Shown one piece after another: positions 37,127-46,497 of a stretch of 64,000 nt of DNA. Numbering within the stretch: the stretch's first letter is position 1; each line of letters starts with the position of its first letter. The notes beneath the pieces were generated by a model. It searched no databases, was not told the origin of the DNA, and was given only the letters and a program-made list of their open reading frames with translations. A program made the translations under genes and the position numbers. The stretch spans positions 143,521-207,520 of the IMG/VR virus record IMGVR_UViG_3300044701_003953; one strand, given 5' to 3'.

Positions 37127-37870
37127 TTGACCAAAAGAAAACATCGCGACTCATATTCGCATCATCCGCAAGCCCTTCAACAACAGCACATAGACTACGA
37201 ACATTATCGATCAAATCGACAAAATATACAGCTCATCCCTAAGAGTCTTGGGCAAGAGAGGTATATAGAGTTGCTGACCGACCCAGCACGAACGATCATA
37301 TTCGCCACAGGCCCAGCCGGTACTGGCAAGACCATGTTGGCGGTGTTGGCAGCACTGCGAGCACTCAAGAATGGCGAGTGCAAGAAGATAGTGATCACTA
37401 GACCGGCAGTGGGTGTAGATGACGAGAAGCACGGTTTCCTACCCGGAGACTTGAACCAAAAGATGGAACCCTGGACCCGTCCCATATTCGACTACATGGG
37501 CGAATATATGAGACCCCAGGAAATCGCAAGGATGCTAGACGAACAGATCGTGGAAATTTCCCCACTGGCATTCATGAGAGGACGCACATTTAAAAATGCG
37601 TGGATCATCGCAGACGAAATGCAGAATGCCACGCCCTCGCAGATGAAGATGCTGCTTACGCGACTCGGCGAAGGTTCCCGTATGGTAGTAACTGGTGACA
37701 CGAAACAAGCAGATCGCCAGGACCCTGACAACGGACTACTTGATTTCAAGAAAATAGTAGCAGATTATGATGGAAAATTACTACATATTTCCGGTGTAGA
37801 GTTTGATTATCGTGATATAAAGCGCCACCCAGCGGTGTCAGAAGTACTAAAACTTTACGGTGAAATCTAA
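37127..37870 (+). CDS. phoH: PhoH-family ATPase
   Basis: GPAGTGKT, RPAV, GFLPG, FMRGRT, DEMQN, TGD..Q.D, RH. Start set at TTG 37127 after AGGAGG. Confidence 0.93.
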   Translation: MTKRKHRDSYSHHPQALQQQHIDYEHYRSNRQNIQLIPKSLGQERYIELLTDPARTIIFATGPAGTGKTMLAVLAALRALKNGECKKIVITRPAVGVDDEKHGFLPGDLNQKMEPWTRPIFDYMGEYMRPQEIARMLDEQIVEISPLAFMRGRTFKNAWIIADEMQNATPSQMKMLLTRLGEGSRMVVTGDTKQADRQDPDNGLLDFKKIVADYDGKLLHISGVEFDYRDIKRHPAVSEVLKLYGEI

Positions 37871-37912
37871 AGGTTTTTGCCATAATCATAAATAAAGTTA
37901 TCATATCACTCA

Positions 37913-39016
37913 ATGGAGACTTCCCCAATGACACAATTAACTGGAAAAAATGGACGTAGAAAAGTCCGTTGGATCATAGCTCACTTCCCACTAGAACTGT
38001 TTGTTCGTGCGGCCAAGGCATTTCAGCTCGAAATTGAAAAACTTTGCCCCGGGCAGTTCGACATCGAGATCCATACTATCGGTTCTTATCTAAGAGCTTA
38101 CGGTAACGAACTCACTGAAGAACAGAAAAAGAATCTTGGATTCGTGGCCCCACGTATTCCTGGACTCGAAGATCCCAAGAACACAGTTGCAACTAAAAAC
38201 CCAGACAGCCTAGTTTTTGCTAAAGACTTCAACCAACTCAAAGTTTGGTGGAAGACATTGTTTGAGGTGATGAAAGAGCAGAAGTTTGAGATGAGCCAGA
38301 CACAGGTCAACATCGTTGGTAGCCATCTGCACACCAACTTCCATGCCATCGATCTTCCTTACCTTTTCAAAGATCACGATCACGTAGCTAAAGTACTCGA
38401 CGGCGAAGTCGGACAAAAGATCAGCGACCAAGTAGCAAAAGACACTGGTGTAAAAGCACTGGGTTACACATACTCGGGCGGATATCGAATCATCGGTAGT
38501 ACCGAGGGTATTACAAAACTTGATGATCTTAAAGAAAAGAAATTCATCAGCTTTACTGCACCTAGCAATATGTTGTTCAGACTCGCAGACGTACCACGTC
38601 TTCCACGTTACCTCACAACAGCAGAAGACCTCGGTGATATCGCTGAGCAAGGTGGTGCCATTGAGACCACATATCTGCGCTTTGCTGGTAAGAATGTTCT
38701 TAAAACAAACCACAGCATGTTCATGACATCGATCCTGACCAGCGAAAACTTCATAAATTCGTTAACAGAAGACCAGCGTGCCGCTTTTACAGAAGCTGCA
38801 CATCGTGTTGCCAAAATCGAAAGACTTTGGTCTGTTGAAGATGCCGCCAAGTATGAGCAGGATGCTGAAAGCCGTGGCGTTACTATCGTTCCAGTTAACG
38901 AAGAAGACGACACAAGACTCAGAACAGCAGCCAAGGAAATTTACAAGAAAGAAAATCTTGAGAAGATTGGTATCGACTACACATTAGTAGAAGAAATCAT
39001 CAAACTCGGTAAGTAA
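37913..39016 (+). CDS. TRAP transporter DctP-like solute-binding protein without signal peptide (start probably ATG 37928)
   Basis: DLPYLFKDHDHV..VLDGEVG, GYTYSGGYRII, TNHS; CATAAATA at 37887-37894. Confidence 0.75.
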   Translation: METSPMTQLTGKNGRRKVRWIIAHFPLELFVRAAKAFQLEIEKLCPGQFDIEIHTIGSYLRAYGNELTEEQKKNLGFVAPRIPGLEDPKNTVATKNPDSLVFAKDFNQLKVWWKTLFEVMKEQKFEMSQTQVNIVGSHLHTNFHAIDLPYLFKDHDHVAKVLDGEVGQKISDQVAKDTGVKALGYTYSGGYRIIGSTEGITKLDDLKEKKFISFTAPSNMLFRLADVPRLPRYLTTAEDLGDIAEQGGAIETTYLRFAGKNVLKTNHSMFMTSILTSENFINSLTEDQRAAFTEAAHRVAKIERLWSVEDAAKYEQDAESRGVTIVPVNEEDDTRLRTAAKEIYKKENLEKIGIDYTLVEEIIKLGK

Positions 39017-39028
39017 TATTCTTGCACT

Positions 39029-39060
39029 AATAAAAAACCGCCTCCGGGCGGTTTTTTATT
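39029..39060. terminator. Bidirectional terminator between convergent genes
   Basis: AATAAAAAACCGCC-TCCG-GGCGGTTTTTTATT. Confidence 0.9.
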
Positions 39061-39643
39061 GGCCGACTACTAGCTCGTATATCTCTCGCCAGTCCTTGAC
39101 TTTAGGAATGTCTTCGTGATAGTAGTGCATATTATGACCGTGCTCGACTAGTATCGGTTTAAGTCCTAACATCCAGCCCAATTCGGCATTTGTGACTTTG
39201 TCCTCGATCCACCACAGCCCGGTCTTGCGATAAGGTGCCAGTGCTTCGTCTTTGTCAGCACCAGTATCCAAGCACACTATCTTTTCGAAAACAGTCTCCC
39301 CAAACAGTTTGGCGAGATTCATCTCGCGGAGTCTCTGTGCGTTCCTGTCTAAGCTCAATGACGTGATACAGTGGAATACGAATCCGTGTTCTTCGTGTAG
39401 CCTCTTCACGTAATACATAGCATCACGGAGTGGTGGGAGGAACCCAATAGCGGCACTTTCGTTGAACATCTTGATCAGCTTCTTGCCTTGTGTTTTCGTG
39501 ATGCCGTAACGTTCGCCGATGTCATAGTTGAGTTCTCCACCGGGCACCATCTCGAAGCCATGGTCCTCCATCCAAACAGAAAAGGCATACTCCCAGTTAA
39601 GGAGCACGCCGTCGCAGTCAGTTAAAATAATCCTATTCGTCAT
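39056..39643 (-). CDS. HAD-family phosphatase / 5'-nucleotidase-like
   Basis: DCDGVL, ITSL, K, IEDK. Confidence 0.8.
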   Translation of the reverse strand: MTNRIILTDCDGVLLNWEYAFSVWMEDHGFEMVPGGELNYDIGERYGITKTQGKKLIKMFNESAAIGFLPPLRDAMYYVKRLHEEHGFVFHCITSLSLDRNAQRLREMNLAKLFGETVFEKIVCLDTGADKDEALAPYRKTGLWWIEDKVTNAELGWMLGLKPILVEHGHNMHYYHEDIPKVKDWREIYELVVGQ

Positions 39644-40395
39644 AACACCTTTACACGATTGAGTTGGGTTGAGTCGTCACGATGTGCTTTCACCGTGCCT
39701 TGTATTTTAAGTTTCGCTCCAGCGGCCAGTTGCTCGCGGTAGCTGAAGAAAATCATTTTGCCATCGCCGGTGATAGCATTGTTGAACCATACGTTCCACT
39801 TCTGGCTGTAATTGCTACGAATCACTTCCACATCCAGCGACACCTTGTCACCTTCGGCACCGATGTGCCCACCGGTGCTACGCTCACGGGCATCTTCTTC
39901 CCGGCGTCCGTGCGTATACGAACGGATCTGGCTGGGCACCAGGCTCAGGGCATAGCGATCAGCACGGGTGTCAAAGTTGTCAAGATTGATCATATCCATC
40001 ATGGAGCGATCAAAGTCTGACAGATTGCCTTTGAGGCTCTTGAGCGTGAGATTCTTCTGGTGCCACTCGCGCACGGCACGACCTTCGGCCTGGTCTGCTT
40101 CTGACACACCGGTGTTCAGGGCATCTAGCATGAGATCTCGGTTGGTACGATTTTTGGTCACATACTGATCGTTCTCGATCTGTACATTGGGCACCTTGTA
40201 ATAGTTGCCACCATTAACCCTATCAGCCACTACTGCCGCACCCCAGACTTGATCCGCGGTGTAGAGAACGCTCACGGGCTTAGCCGATGCTCGACGGCTT
40301 CTTTTTTCTGTGGGAGTATCTTCGTCGTCGTCCATCTGCCCGAGACGTTTGATCTCGAGCGAAGTCCAACCAGTCACGTCAACGAATCCAGACAT
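39640..40395 (-). CDS. Hypothetical early protein with C-terminal OB-like domain
   Basis: C-terminal KIQGTVKAH..TQLNRVK; AAGGAG SD. Confidence 0.55.
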   Translation of the reverse strand: MSGFVDVTGWTSLEIKRLGQMDDDEDTPTEKRSRRASAKPVSVLYTADQVWGAAVVADRVNGGNYYKVPNVQIENDQYVTKNRTNRDLMLDALNTGVSEADQAEGRAVREWHQKNLTLKSLKGNLSDFDRSMMDMINLDNFDTRADRYALSLVPSQIRSYTHGRREEDARERSTGGHIGAEGDKVSLDVEVIRSNYSQKWNVWFNNAITGDGKMIFFSYREQLAAGAKLKIQGTVKAHRDDSTQLNRVKVL

Positions 40396-40408
40396 AGTTG
40401 CTCCTTGA

Positions 40409-40765
40409 TTAATCTAAACGGCTACCAGCATAAGCACGGAAACCATATTTCTCGAATACCTTCTGGGCCGCGTATGCGCCAGCCTCTTTGGTATCGACAT
40501 TCTGTACTGGCATACCACTCGGGTCCCAGATCGAAAAACATTTTTTATAGTCTGAGCGGTCAACACCAGCGGCTTTCAACATCTTGCCTAATCGGGTGTT
40601 GCCTTTGATGCCATAGATATCAACCCAGGCGAAACCACAGGCATATTGATCTTGGCCGTTCAATTTCTCTTGGAAGAATCGATCAGCGGCTTTACGTGCG
40701 GCCACTTTGGCCTCGGCTACTATATCGTTGATTTGCTCTTGTGTATATTCCATAATCTGCTCCAA
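40409..40765 (-). CDS. Conserved hypothetical early protein (start probably 40753)
   Basis: CGFAWV..SRLD; immediately after an early promoter. Confidence 0.6.
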   Translation of the reverse strand: MEQIMEYTQEQINDIVAEAKVAARKAADRFFQEKLNGQDQYACGFAWVDIYGIKGNTRLGKMLKAAGVDRSDYKKCFSIWDPSGMPVQNVDTKEAGAYAAQKVFEKYGFRAYAGSRLD

Positions 40766-40784
40766 TCTTTTACTGTATGCTTAT

Positions 40785-40813
40785 ATTGTAGCAAAATGGA
40801 AATTTCTGGTCAA
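40785..40813 (-). promoter_or_regulatory. Early sigma70-like promoter
   Basis: TTGACC-17nt-TACAAT; flanks closely match the 45479..45507 promoter. Confidence 0.8.
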
Positions 40814-40818
40814 CCGGG

Positions 40819-41988
40819 CTATTTTTTGGTGAAAATATAGATTCCTTCGTGCTTGAAACCATTGGATTTTTTATTATTACCTTGCCCTGGGCGCACATTC
40901 AACATCATCTTGATTTCACGTTGATACTGAAATCCACACTTTTCGCTTAATTCACGCCAGCGATCTACTATTTCAAACTTTTCTTTACCAGTACGATAAT
41001 CTGCTATGTTTACAGCATATACACCATCATCATCAAGAGCACGATGGATCATATTAAGAGTGGGTTCTACATAGAGTTCAAACCAAGCGTCAAGATTGCT
41101 ACAACGATTCATACACTGGGTAGGTTCGTCGCTATAGGTTTCAAGATTAAAATAAGGTGGGCTACTGAAAGCGGCCTGATAAAATCCTGGTTCGGGATCA
41201 AAATCTTCGCTAGGCATGCAATTCATATCATATCCGTTGCCCTGCCCGCATTCGGTTAGAAGTTCTCCTAACGCTACCAGACCTTCATAGGTTTTGGTAT
41301 TTGGGTCGATACCTGTGTAATGGTATCTCATGCGGCTAGTCATGGCTCCCATCATACGACCGCCATATCCTGAACTGAAGTCTAATAGATTTCCAAACAA
41401 TGTAGGACAGATATATTCCCACACCGCCCGAGCATTCATAGGTTTGAAATTCTGTATACTACCGCCTGATACCAAATCAAAGGCTCGACGCAGATTTTTC
41501 GGCACTACCGCCAAATCTCCTTCATCTCTATGTTTGTAACAGAGATTGATAGCACGACGTAGTTTATTGTCATTCATGAATCTACCACGCAGACTGACCT
41601 CTGTATTGTCTCTGGTATATGCATCTTGAATGTTTTCGAACCAGAACCTGCCCAAGGTTAGTCCTTCATTGTTACCAACCTGCAGGATGCCATTGTCTAT
41701 CCTTTTTTGTTGTCGGGCTAGATCAAATATGGCCTCCTGGCAACCTTCGAGATTGAAGTAATATATGGGAAGGATGTTCTTGTTGCGATAGATATCAAAA
41801 ACTTCTTGTTCGATATCCTCCTTGCCAGCATCGTCTGCAGCCAGCCATGCTTCTTTGCTCAACTGATGCAATCTCGGCATTTCAACTTCGTAGCCGGTAC
41901 ATATCTTATCCGTGGGAGTATAACCCCATCGTTGGCACAGTTGGTTGTAATAATCTAGTATTTTTTGATTAGTTGTAATACTTGTCAT
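40819..41988 (-). CDS. Amino (N4C/N6A) DNA methyltransferase
   Basis: Motif I LDFSSGYGG precedes motif IV FSSPPYF. Start moved to MTSITT. Confidence 0.85.
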   Translation of the reverse strand: MTSITTNQKILDYYNQLCQRWGYTPTDKICTGYEVEMPRLHQLSKEAWLAADDAGKEDIEQEVFDIYRNKNILPIYYFNLEGCQEAIFDLARQQKRIDNGILQVGNNEGLTLGRFWFENIQDAYTRDNTEVSLRGRFMNDNKLRRAINLCYKHRDEGDLAVVPKNLRRAFDLVSGGSIQNFKPMNARAVWEYICPTLFGNLLDFSSGYGGRMMGAMTSRMRYHYTGIDPNTKTYEGLVALGELLTECGQGNGYDMNCMPSEDFDPEPGFYQAAFSSPPYFNLETYSDEPTQCMNRCSNLDAWFELYVEPTLNMIHRALDDDGVYAVNIADYRTGKEKFEIVDRWRELSEKCGFQYQREIKMMLNVRPGQGNNKKSNGFKHEGIYIFTKK

Positions 41989-43171
41989 ATATCTCTTTGA
42001 CTTTGGCAAGATACTTAATGTTAGGTATCTTGCTCCAAAAATCTTTGGTATGGGTTTTGACCAACACAGTTTTGAACAGTATATTGTAGCACAGTTCGTT
42101 GTTGATTGCATCCGTCAGTTTGTCGAATTCTCTTTTACTCATAGCGACCCAGGGTACTTGAGCACTACAAGCTAGTTCTCCTTTGGCATCATAATAAAAG
42201 TTTGGAATACGACCGGGATTTCCATTTTTTGGTACCATGAGTTTAGGAACACCATACCCCATCCTATCAGTGACATCACGTTTACTGATCATCATGATTT
42301 TGACTTTGTGCTGTTTGTTATAAGTAGTTTTTAGTTTTTTACCACTAATAACATCATCTAACCATTCACGAAATACTAATGGAACAGATCCCGCTGCGGG
42401 ATTGAATTTTGAGTTATCTTCAGGGCCTGATTCAGAACGATAACCTTCAAACCCTGTCTGTAAAACTTCTTGAACAAACTCGAATCCAGCAGCATCTTCA
42501 GTGGGCACTGTTTTTGGATTATCGATTACCAGAGAATTTTTTCCGCAGATGAATTTTACTTTTTTATTCTTTTTAATGGCAGGTACATGGATCAGGCACA
42601 TAGGAGTCATTTTGACTCGACGAAGAAACTGATAGGTGTTGATTTCAGTTAATTTGCTTTCGACATATCGATGCGAATTTGATTTTGTGATTACGATAAC
42701 ATGTTCACTTAAATTTTTATAGTGTTCAATAAATTCATTTGTTGTGTCAAAATCGATGGATCCAAATGTATAAGTGGTTTTCTTTTCATTTTGGAAACAA
42801 TCTTGTACCTCGATATTAGGCTCAAAAGACATATCGCCCACCGCATGCTTGATATTGGCTCGGGCGATCCTGGCCTGGATAGGTTCTTTATCGCCCAAGA
42901 AAATCTGATTCTTGAAAATATGCCATAACCTATCCTGTTCATCGGGGATGGCATCCTGGAGATCGATCATCAATTGTTCGGCTAAGATCAGGGCATCAAG
43001 ACCCGTGCCGCATTGACTGTCCTGGTATGTAGTAGCAAGATTCCGTCGATCCTTCACTGGAATCATCGCCACTAGTTTACGAGCATCACCTTCGTTGGTG
43101 ATGCTCTGTGCACCGGACCTGTTGAAGTACGGAATCTTTTCGATCTGCCGAGAAATCTTGTTAGATAGCAT
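41969..43171 (-). CDS. Eco57I-like N6-methyltransferase homolog with degenerate catalytic motif
   Basis: DSQCGTG (motif I-like) and RLWHIFKNQIF; the expected NPPY position reads FGSIDF. Confidence 0.55.
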   Translation of the reverse strand: MLSNKISRQIEKIPYFNRSGAQSITNEGDARKLVAMIPVKDRRNLATTYQDSQCGTGLDALILAEQLMIDLQDAIPDEQDRLWHIFKNQIFLGDKEPIQARIARANIKHAVGDMSFEPNIEVQDCFQNEKKTTYTFGSIDFDTTNEFIEHYKNLSEHVIVITKSNSHRYVESKLTEINTYQFLRRVKMTPMCLIHVPAIKKNKKVKFICGKNSLVIDNPKTVPTEDAAGFEFVQEVLQTGFEGYRSESGPEDNSKFNPAAGSVPLVFREWLDDVISGKKLKTTYNKQHKVKIMMISKRDVTDRMGYGVPKLMVPKNGNPGRIPNFYYDAKGELACSAQVPWVAMSKREFDKLTDAINNELCYNILFKTVLVKTHTKDFWSKIPNIKYLAKVKEIYDKYYN

Positions 43172-45449
43172 TGAATTGTCCTAACGCAAGATCCATACCG
43201 ATCACATCAATAGCAGGCAAAATCGTCTTCCATTCTCTGGGCATCAATCCTGTGATCGCTACTACCAGTCCGGGATCCTTGAAGTTCACGACATCATACA
43301 TGGATCCTATTTTTAATCCATCGCCTTGCGCTATCTGAGATAGCTCATAGACTTGTTTCAATGCGTAGCGTATCCTGAGTTCGGTGAGATCTTGTTCTTC
43401 TTGTGTTGTGGTGCCACCGGGTTTGTTCTTTTTGCCTTTCTTTTGATTGGAGCCCCGTACGAGATCATTTTCATTGAGCTGTGTGGTAGCTGACACAGAA
43501 TTTGAGTCTTTGTTCTTATCGGCCATCAATTGTTTGATCTCGTCGGTGATGCAGGCGGATTTCACGAAACTACCGATTCGTTCTATGTAATTTCCTATGT
43601 TACTGAGGAATCTCTGCTTGAGATCAACACCGTCGACAATGTTCCAACCATTGTCAGTGTAGTCATAGATGTCACTGCATTCGCCAAACTCAGCGGCCAC
43701 TTGCTCGGGATCACGACCGGTTGCGTCGGCCTTTCGTTGTATATGCTGATACATCACGCTCACGAAGCGTTCGGGGTTGTAGTCAAACACGATGACTTCT
43801 TGTTTGTCGCCGTCGGACCATGGAGTCTTGCAACGGAACGAACCTTGGAAATAGTCTTCGGCGCTCTTGGCATCATTGATCTGATGTACAGCCCACCATT
43901 GCTTAATGCTGGTGCCTTCCAGGAAACGTCCACAGGTAAGTGTGATGGTCCCGATGAAGTCGCTCTTACCTGATTCTACAGCATCGATACGGGTCTGTAC
44001 GTCACCGATATCACTTACACTTGCTATATTGTCTTTGTTGCCTTTATCTGTGGCCAGAATGATGTCATACTTCTTGAAGTAAGGGTGTTCCTGTAGCATC
44101 CGAGCCACTGCTTTGATAGCCTTTACATTTTTAGGCAGGACCCATAGCGTGTGCTTGGTGACTTTTTCCACAATGTTTTCAAACTTTGGTGGCAGATTTT
44201 TATAACCACGTAGCCGGACATGATTGATGAGTTCGTTTACCGCGTCTCGATATACCAGCTGATCGCCTTGGGTAGAAAAGATACCACGGGCGCCGAGATT
44301 GAAGTTCTCGTCATTGACCAGAGATCGGATCTTTGCAGGTACAGAGATCAAGGCCCAATTGATACGAGACTTGTAACGGAACTGTCGAGTCTGTTCGTCA
44401 TCAAGGTCATTGACAGCCAGTAACTCATCACGGATTTTCTGCTCGTCGATGTAATCAAAACTGTAGATGGATTCTTCTGGGAAACGATTGCTCAGCAGGG
44501 TTTTGTAAGGTGTGCCGCTGAGTTCGATCCAGAATTTGGATGTGAGATTGTCCCAAAACTTTTTGGTCTTTTCGGTGTTGGTGGCAAAGTGTTGCTCATC
44601 AAAGATCACTAGATCCCAGTCCGTAGACACGATCTGTTTCAGCAGATCGCTGGTGTTGGTTTCTAGATGCTTGGCGGCAAACTGCAGACTGATGGCCACA
44701 AGATCACATTCACCTGTACCAAACTCAATCTTGGATTTTTTGAGATCATCGTAGTTGTGGAAGATGTAGTCACAGTAGTCCACATGCTCTTCCTCTCCGC
44801 CGCGGGCCAGCACAGTCCAACTGGGGATAGCACCGGGTTTACCCGTGACGATCAATACCTTTTTGAACCCCAATGCCTTGACGATGGCATGGGAGATCAG
44901 GCATTTGCCTGCCCGCATGATGGCGTTGATCAGTATGGCTCGATCGCCAGCTTTGAAACGTTCGCCGGCCCAATCAATGATCTTGCGCTGATAGTCAAAT
45001 AAGAGATAATTGGTGATGGCGGATTTACCGGTGAGGATTTTGTTGATCAAACGATCCATAATTTCCATTGCTTCTTCACTGGTCTTGCAATCAGTGAAGT
45101 AAATCCACTCACGATCTTTGTCATCTCGATTTTTCGGATAACCGAGTTTTTTCAATTGAGCATGAAGGTACTTGTCGCGGTATTGCACAGGAATATGCCA
45201 TTGTTTGAGAACAACCGGAGTTTCTGCTACACCGGTGGTGTCTGTCTGCGCGATGCGAACCTCGGCACGATATTCCTTAGTTTCGCCGACCTTGGCAAGT
45301 ACTGGAAAAATCTTACCGTCTTTAGTACGACGTGTTTCGTCCTTGTACCGCTCAGTACTCCACATATAGATGGTGTGCATCTTGCCTGCGTTAGGTTGCT
45401 TAGAAAATTGACGTTTGGCAGATAGTGCCCGATCGGTGAGTTTTGCCAT
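43161..45449 (-). CDS. SF2 helicase (Res-like) with N-terminal GIY-YIG/T5orf172-like nuclease domain
   Basis: KVGET..RI..REW; Walker A-like NAIMRAGKC; DEQH; LSGTP; EGTS; Q..FR. Confidence 0.75.
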   Translation of the reverse strand: MAKLTDRALSAKRQFSKQPNAGKMHTIYMWSTERYKDETRRTKDGKIFPVLAKVGETKEYRAEVRIAQTDTTGVAETPVVLKQWHIPVQYRDKYLHAQLKKLGYPKNRDDKDREWIYFTDCKTSEEAMEIMDRLINKILTGKSAITNYLLFDYQRKIIDWAGERFKAGDRAILINAIMRAGKCLISHAIVKALGFKKVLIVTGKPGAIPSWTVLARGGEEEHVDYCDYIFHNYDDLKKSKIEFGTGECDLVAISLQFAAKHLETNTSDLLKQIVSTDWDLVIFDEQHFATNTEKTKKFWDNLTSKFWIELSGTPYKTLLSNRFPEESIYSFDYIDEQKIRDELLAVNDLDDEQTRQFRYKSRINWALISVPAKIRSLVNDENFNLGARGIFSTQGDQLVYRDAVNELINHVRLRGYKNLPPKFENIVEKVTKHTLWVLPKNVKAIKAVARMLQEHPYFKKYDIILATDKGNKDNIASVSDIGDVQTRIDAVESGKSDFIGTITLTCGRFLEGTSIKQWWAVHQINDAKSAEDYFQGSFRCKTPWSDGDKQEVIVFDYNPERFVSVMYQHIQRKADATGRDPEQVAAEFGECSDIYDYTDNGWNIVDGVDLKQRFLSNIGNYIERIGSFVKSACITDEIKQLMADKNKDSNSVSATTQLNENDLVRGSNQKKGKKNKPGGTTTQEEQDLTELRIRYALKQVYELSQIAQGDGLKIGSMYDVVNFKDPGLVVAITGLMPREWKTILPAIDVIGMDLALGQFNAI

Positions 45450-45478
45450 TGTTGTTTGTTTTGATTACTATATCTTAT

Positions 45479-45507
45479 ATTATAACCGAAATGCGATTAC
45501 TGGTCAA
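45479..45507 (-). promoter_or_regulatory. Early sigma70-like promoter
   Basis: TTGACC-17nt-TATAAT. Confidence 0.8.
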
Positions 45508-45529
45508 CTAATAGAAAAGTTAGTATACA

Positions 45530-46084
45530 CTAACCTATCACTAAGTGCCGGAAATAGTCAAAATGCTGTTCTAGGGTCCAGGCATCGGGATCAATGGCTC
45601 GTCCATCGTAGGTCTCGAACTGGGCTTCGAACACTTGTGTATACCTCCGGAATGGAAACCAAACATCCGGGGTGTGGCTGGCCCACCCCGCTTCTTTGAG
45701 TGCGTGATGTTTGGTACGGCTCAGCGTCACAGTAGGACAATTGAGTGCTTCGTCTATGGTGATTACTCCGGCGATCATCATATCTCTGATACGAGCCGCC
45801 GGGATCAAGTGCTCAAAGTCTGCGTCCTGATCCACGCCCACTTCTCGATAGTGTGCGCCGATGTTTTCCTTGATGGCGTAGCCGTGATAACGTCTCAGCA
45901 AGTTGTCCATGTCGTCGCGTACTAATCTCAGGGTTTGTTGGTCGTTGGTGGAGTTGCGATAGATCTCCAGTATCTCGGACAACCTACCCGAACAGTAGCG
46001 GTAGGTAGCACGATAACTCTCGGAGTTCCTGGGTGTGCGCCCATATACTGGCGCCACGAAGTTCTCGACTAGATTGCGATCCAT
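45530..46084 (-). CDS. Hypothetical protein, possibly HNH-like
   Basis: DFEHLIP..P..H pattern. Confidence 0.5.
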   Translation of the reverse strand: MDRNLVENFVAPVYGRTPRNSESYRATYRYCSGRLSEILEIYRNSTNDQQTLRLVRDDMDNLLRRYHGYAIKENIGAHYREVGVDQDADFEHLIPAARIRDMMIAGVITIDEALNCPTVTLSRTKHHALKEAGWASHTPDVWFPFRRYTQVFEAQFETYDGRAIDPDAWTLEQHFDYFRHLVIG

Positions 46085-46497
46085 TATTTTACTTCCTCGA
46101 AATGTTTATAAAACATGGGATTGACTATCCGATATCTTTGCGTATTGTCTTTAAAAATCTTGGTTTTTTTGTTGTGACAATTGGCACACAATACTACTAG
46201 ATTATCCTGATTGTCGTTGTGTTTATTACCATCCCAATGGTCAATAGTAAGACTGTCTGTATTTGGATCACCGCATACCCAACCAAGTCTACCATCTTGA
46301 TTTTCACAACCGCCACGACTCTTCATGAACATGTCACGACTGATTTTTTTAACCGTGCGGTGTGGATCACAAAAAGTTTTCCATTTAACGCCGATCGTGC
46401 CATCTGCTTTGATCCATTTCTTGTGATAACCAACATGATCGTTACAATCAGGCATAGCGCACTTCGGCGCCCAATTTTTTATGATATTGTGTTTCAT
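46084..46497 (-). CDS. HNH endonuclease-like protein
   Basis: LTIDHWDGNKHNDNQDNLVVLCANCH. Confidence 0.85.
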   Translation of the reverse strand: MKHNIIKNWAPKCAMPDCNDHVGYHKKWIKADGTIGVKWKTFCDPHRTVKKISRDMFMKSRGGCENQDGRLGWVCGDPNTDSLTIDHWDGNKHNDNQDNLVVLCANCHNKKTKIFKDNTQRYRIVNPMFYKHFEEVK

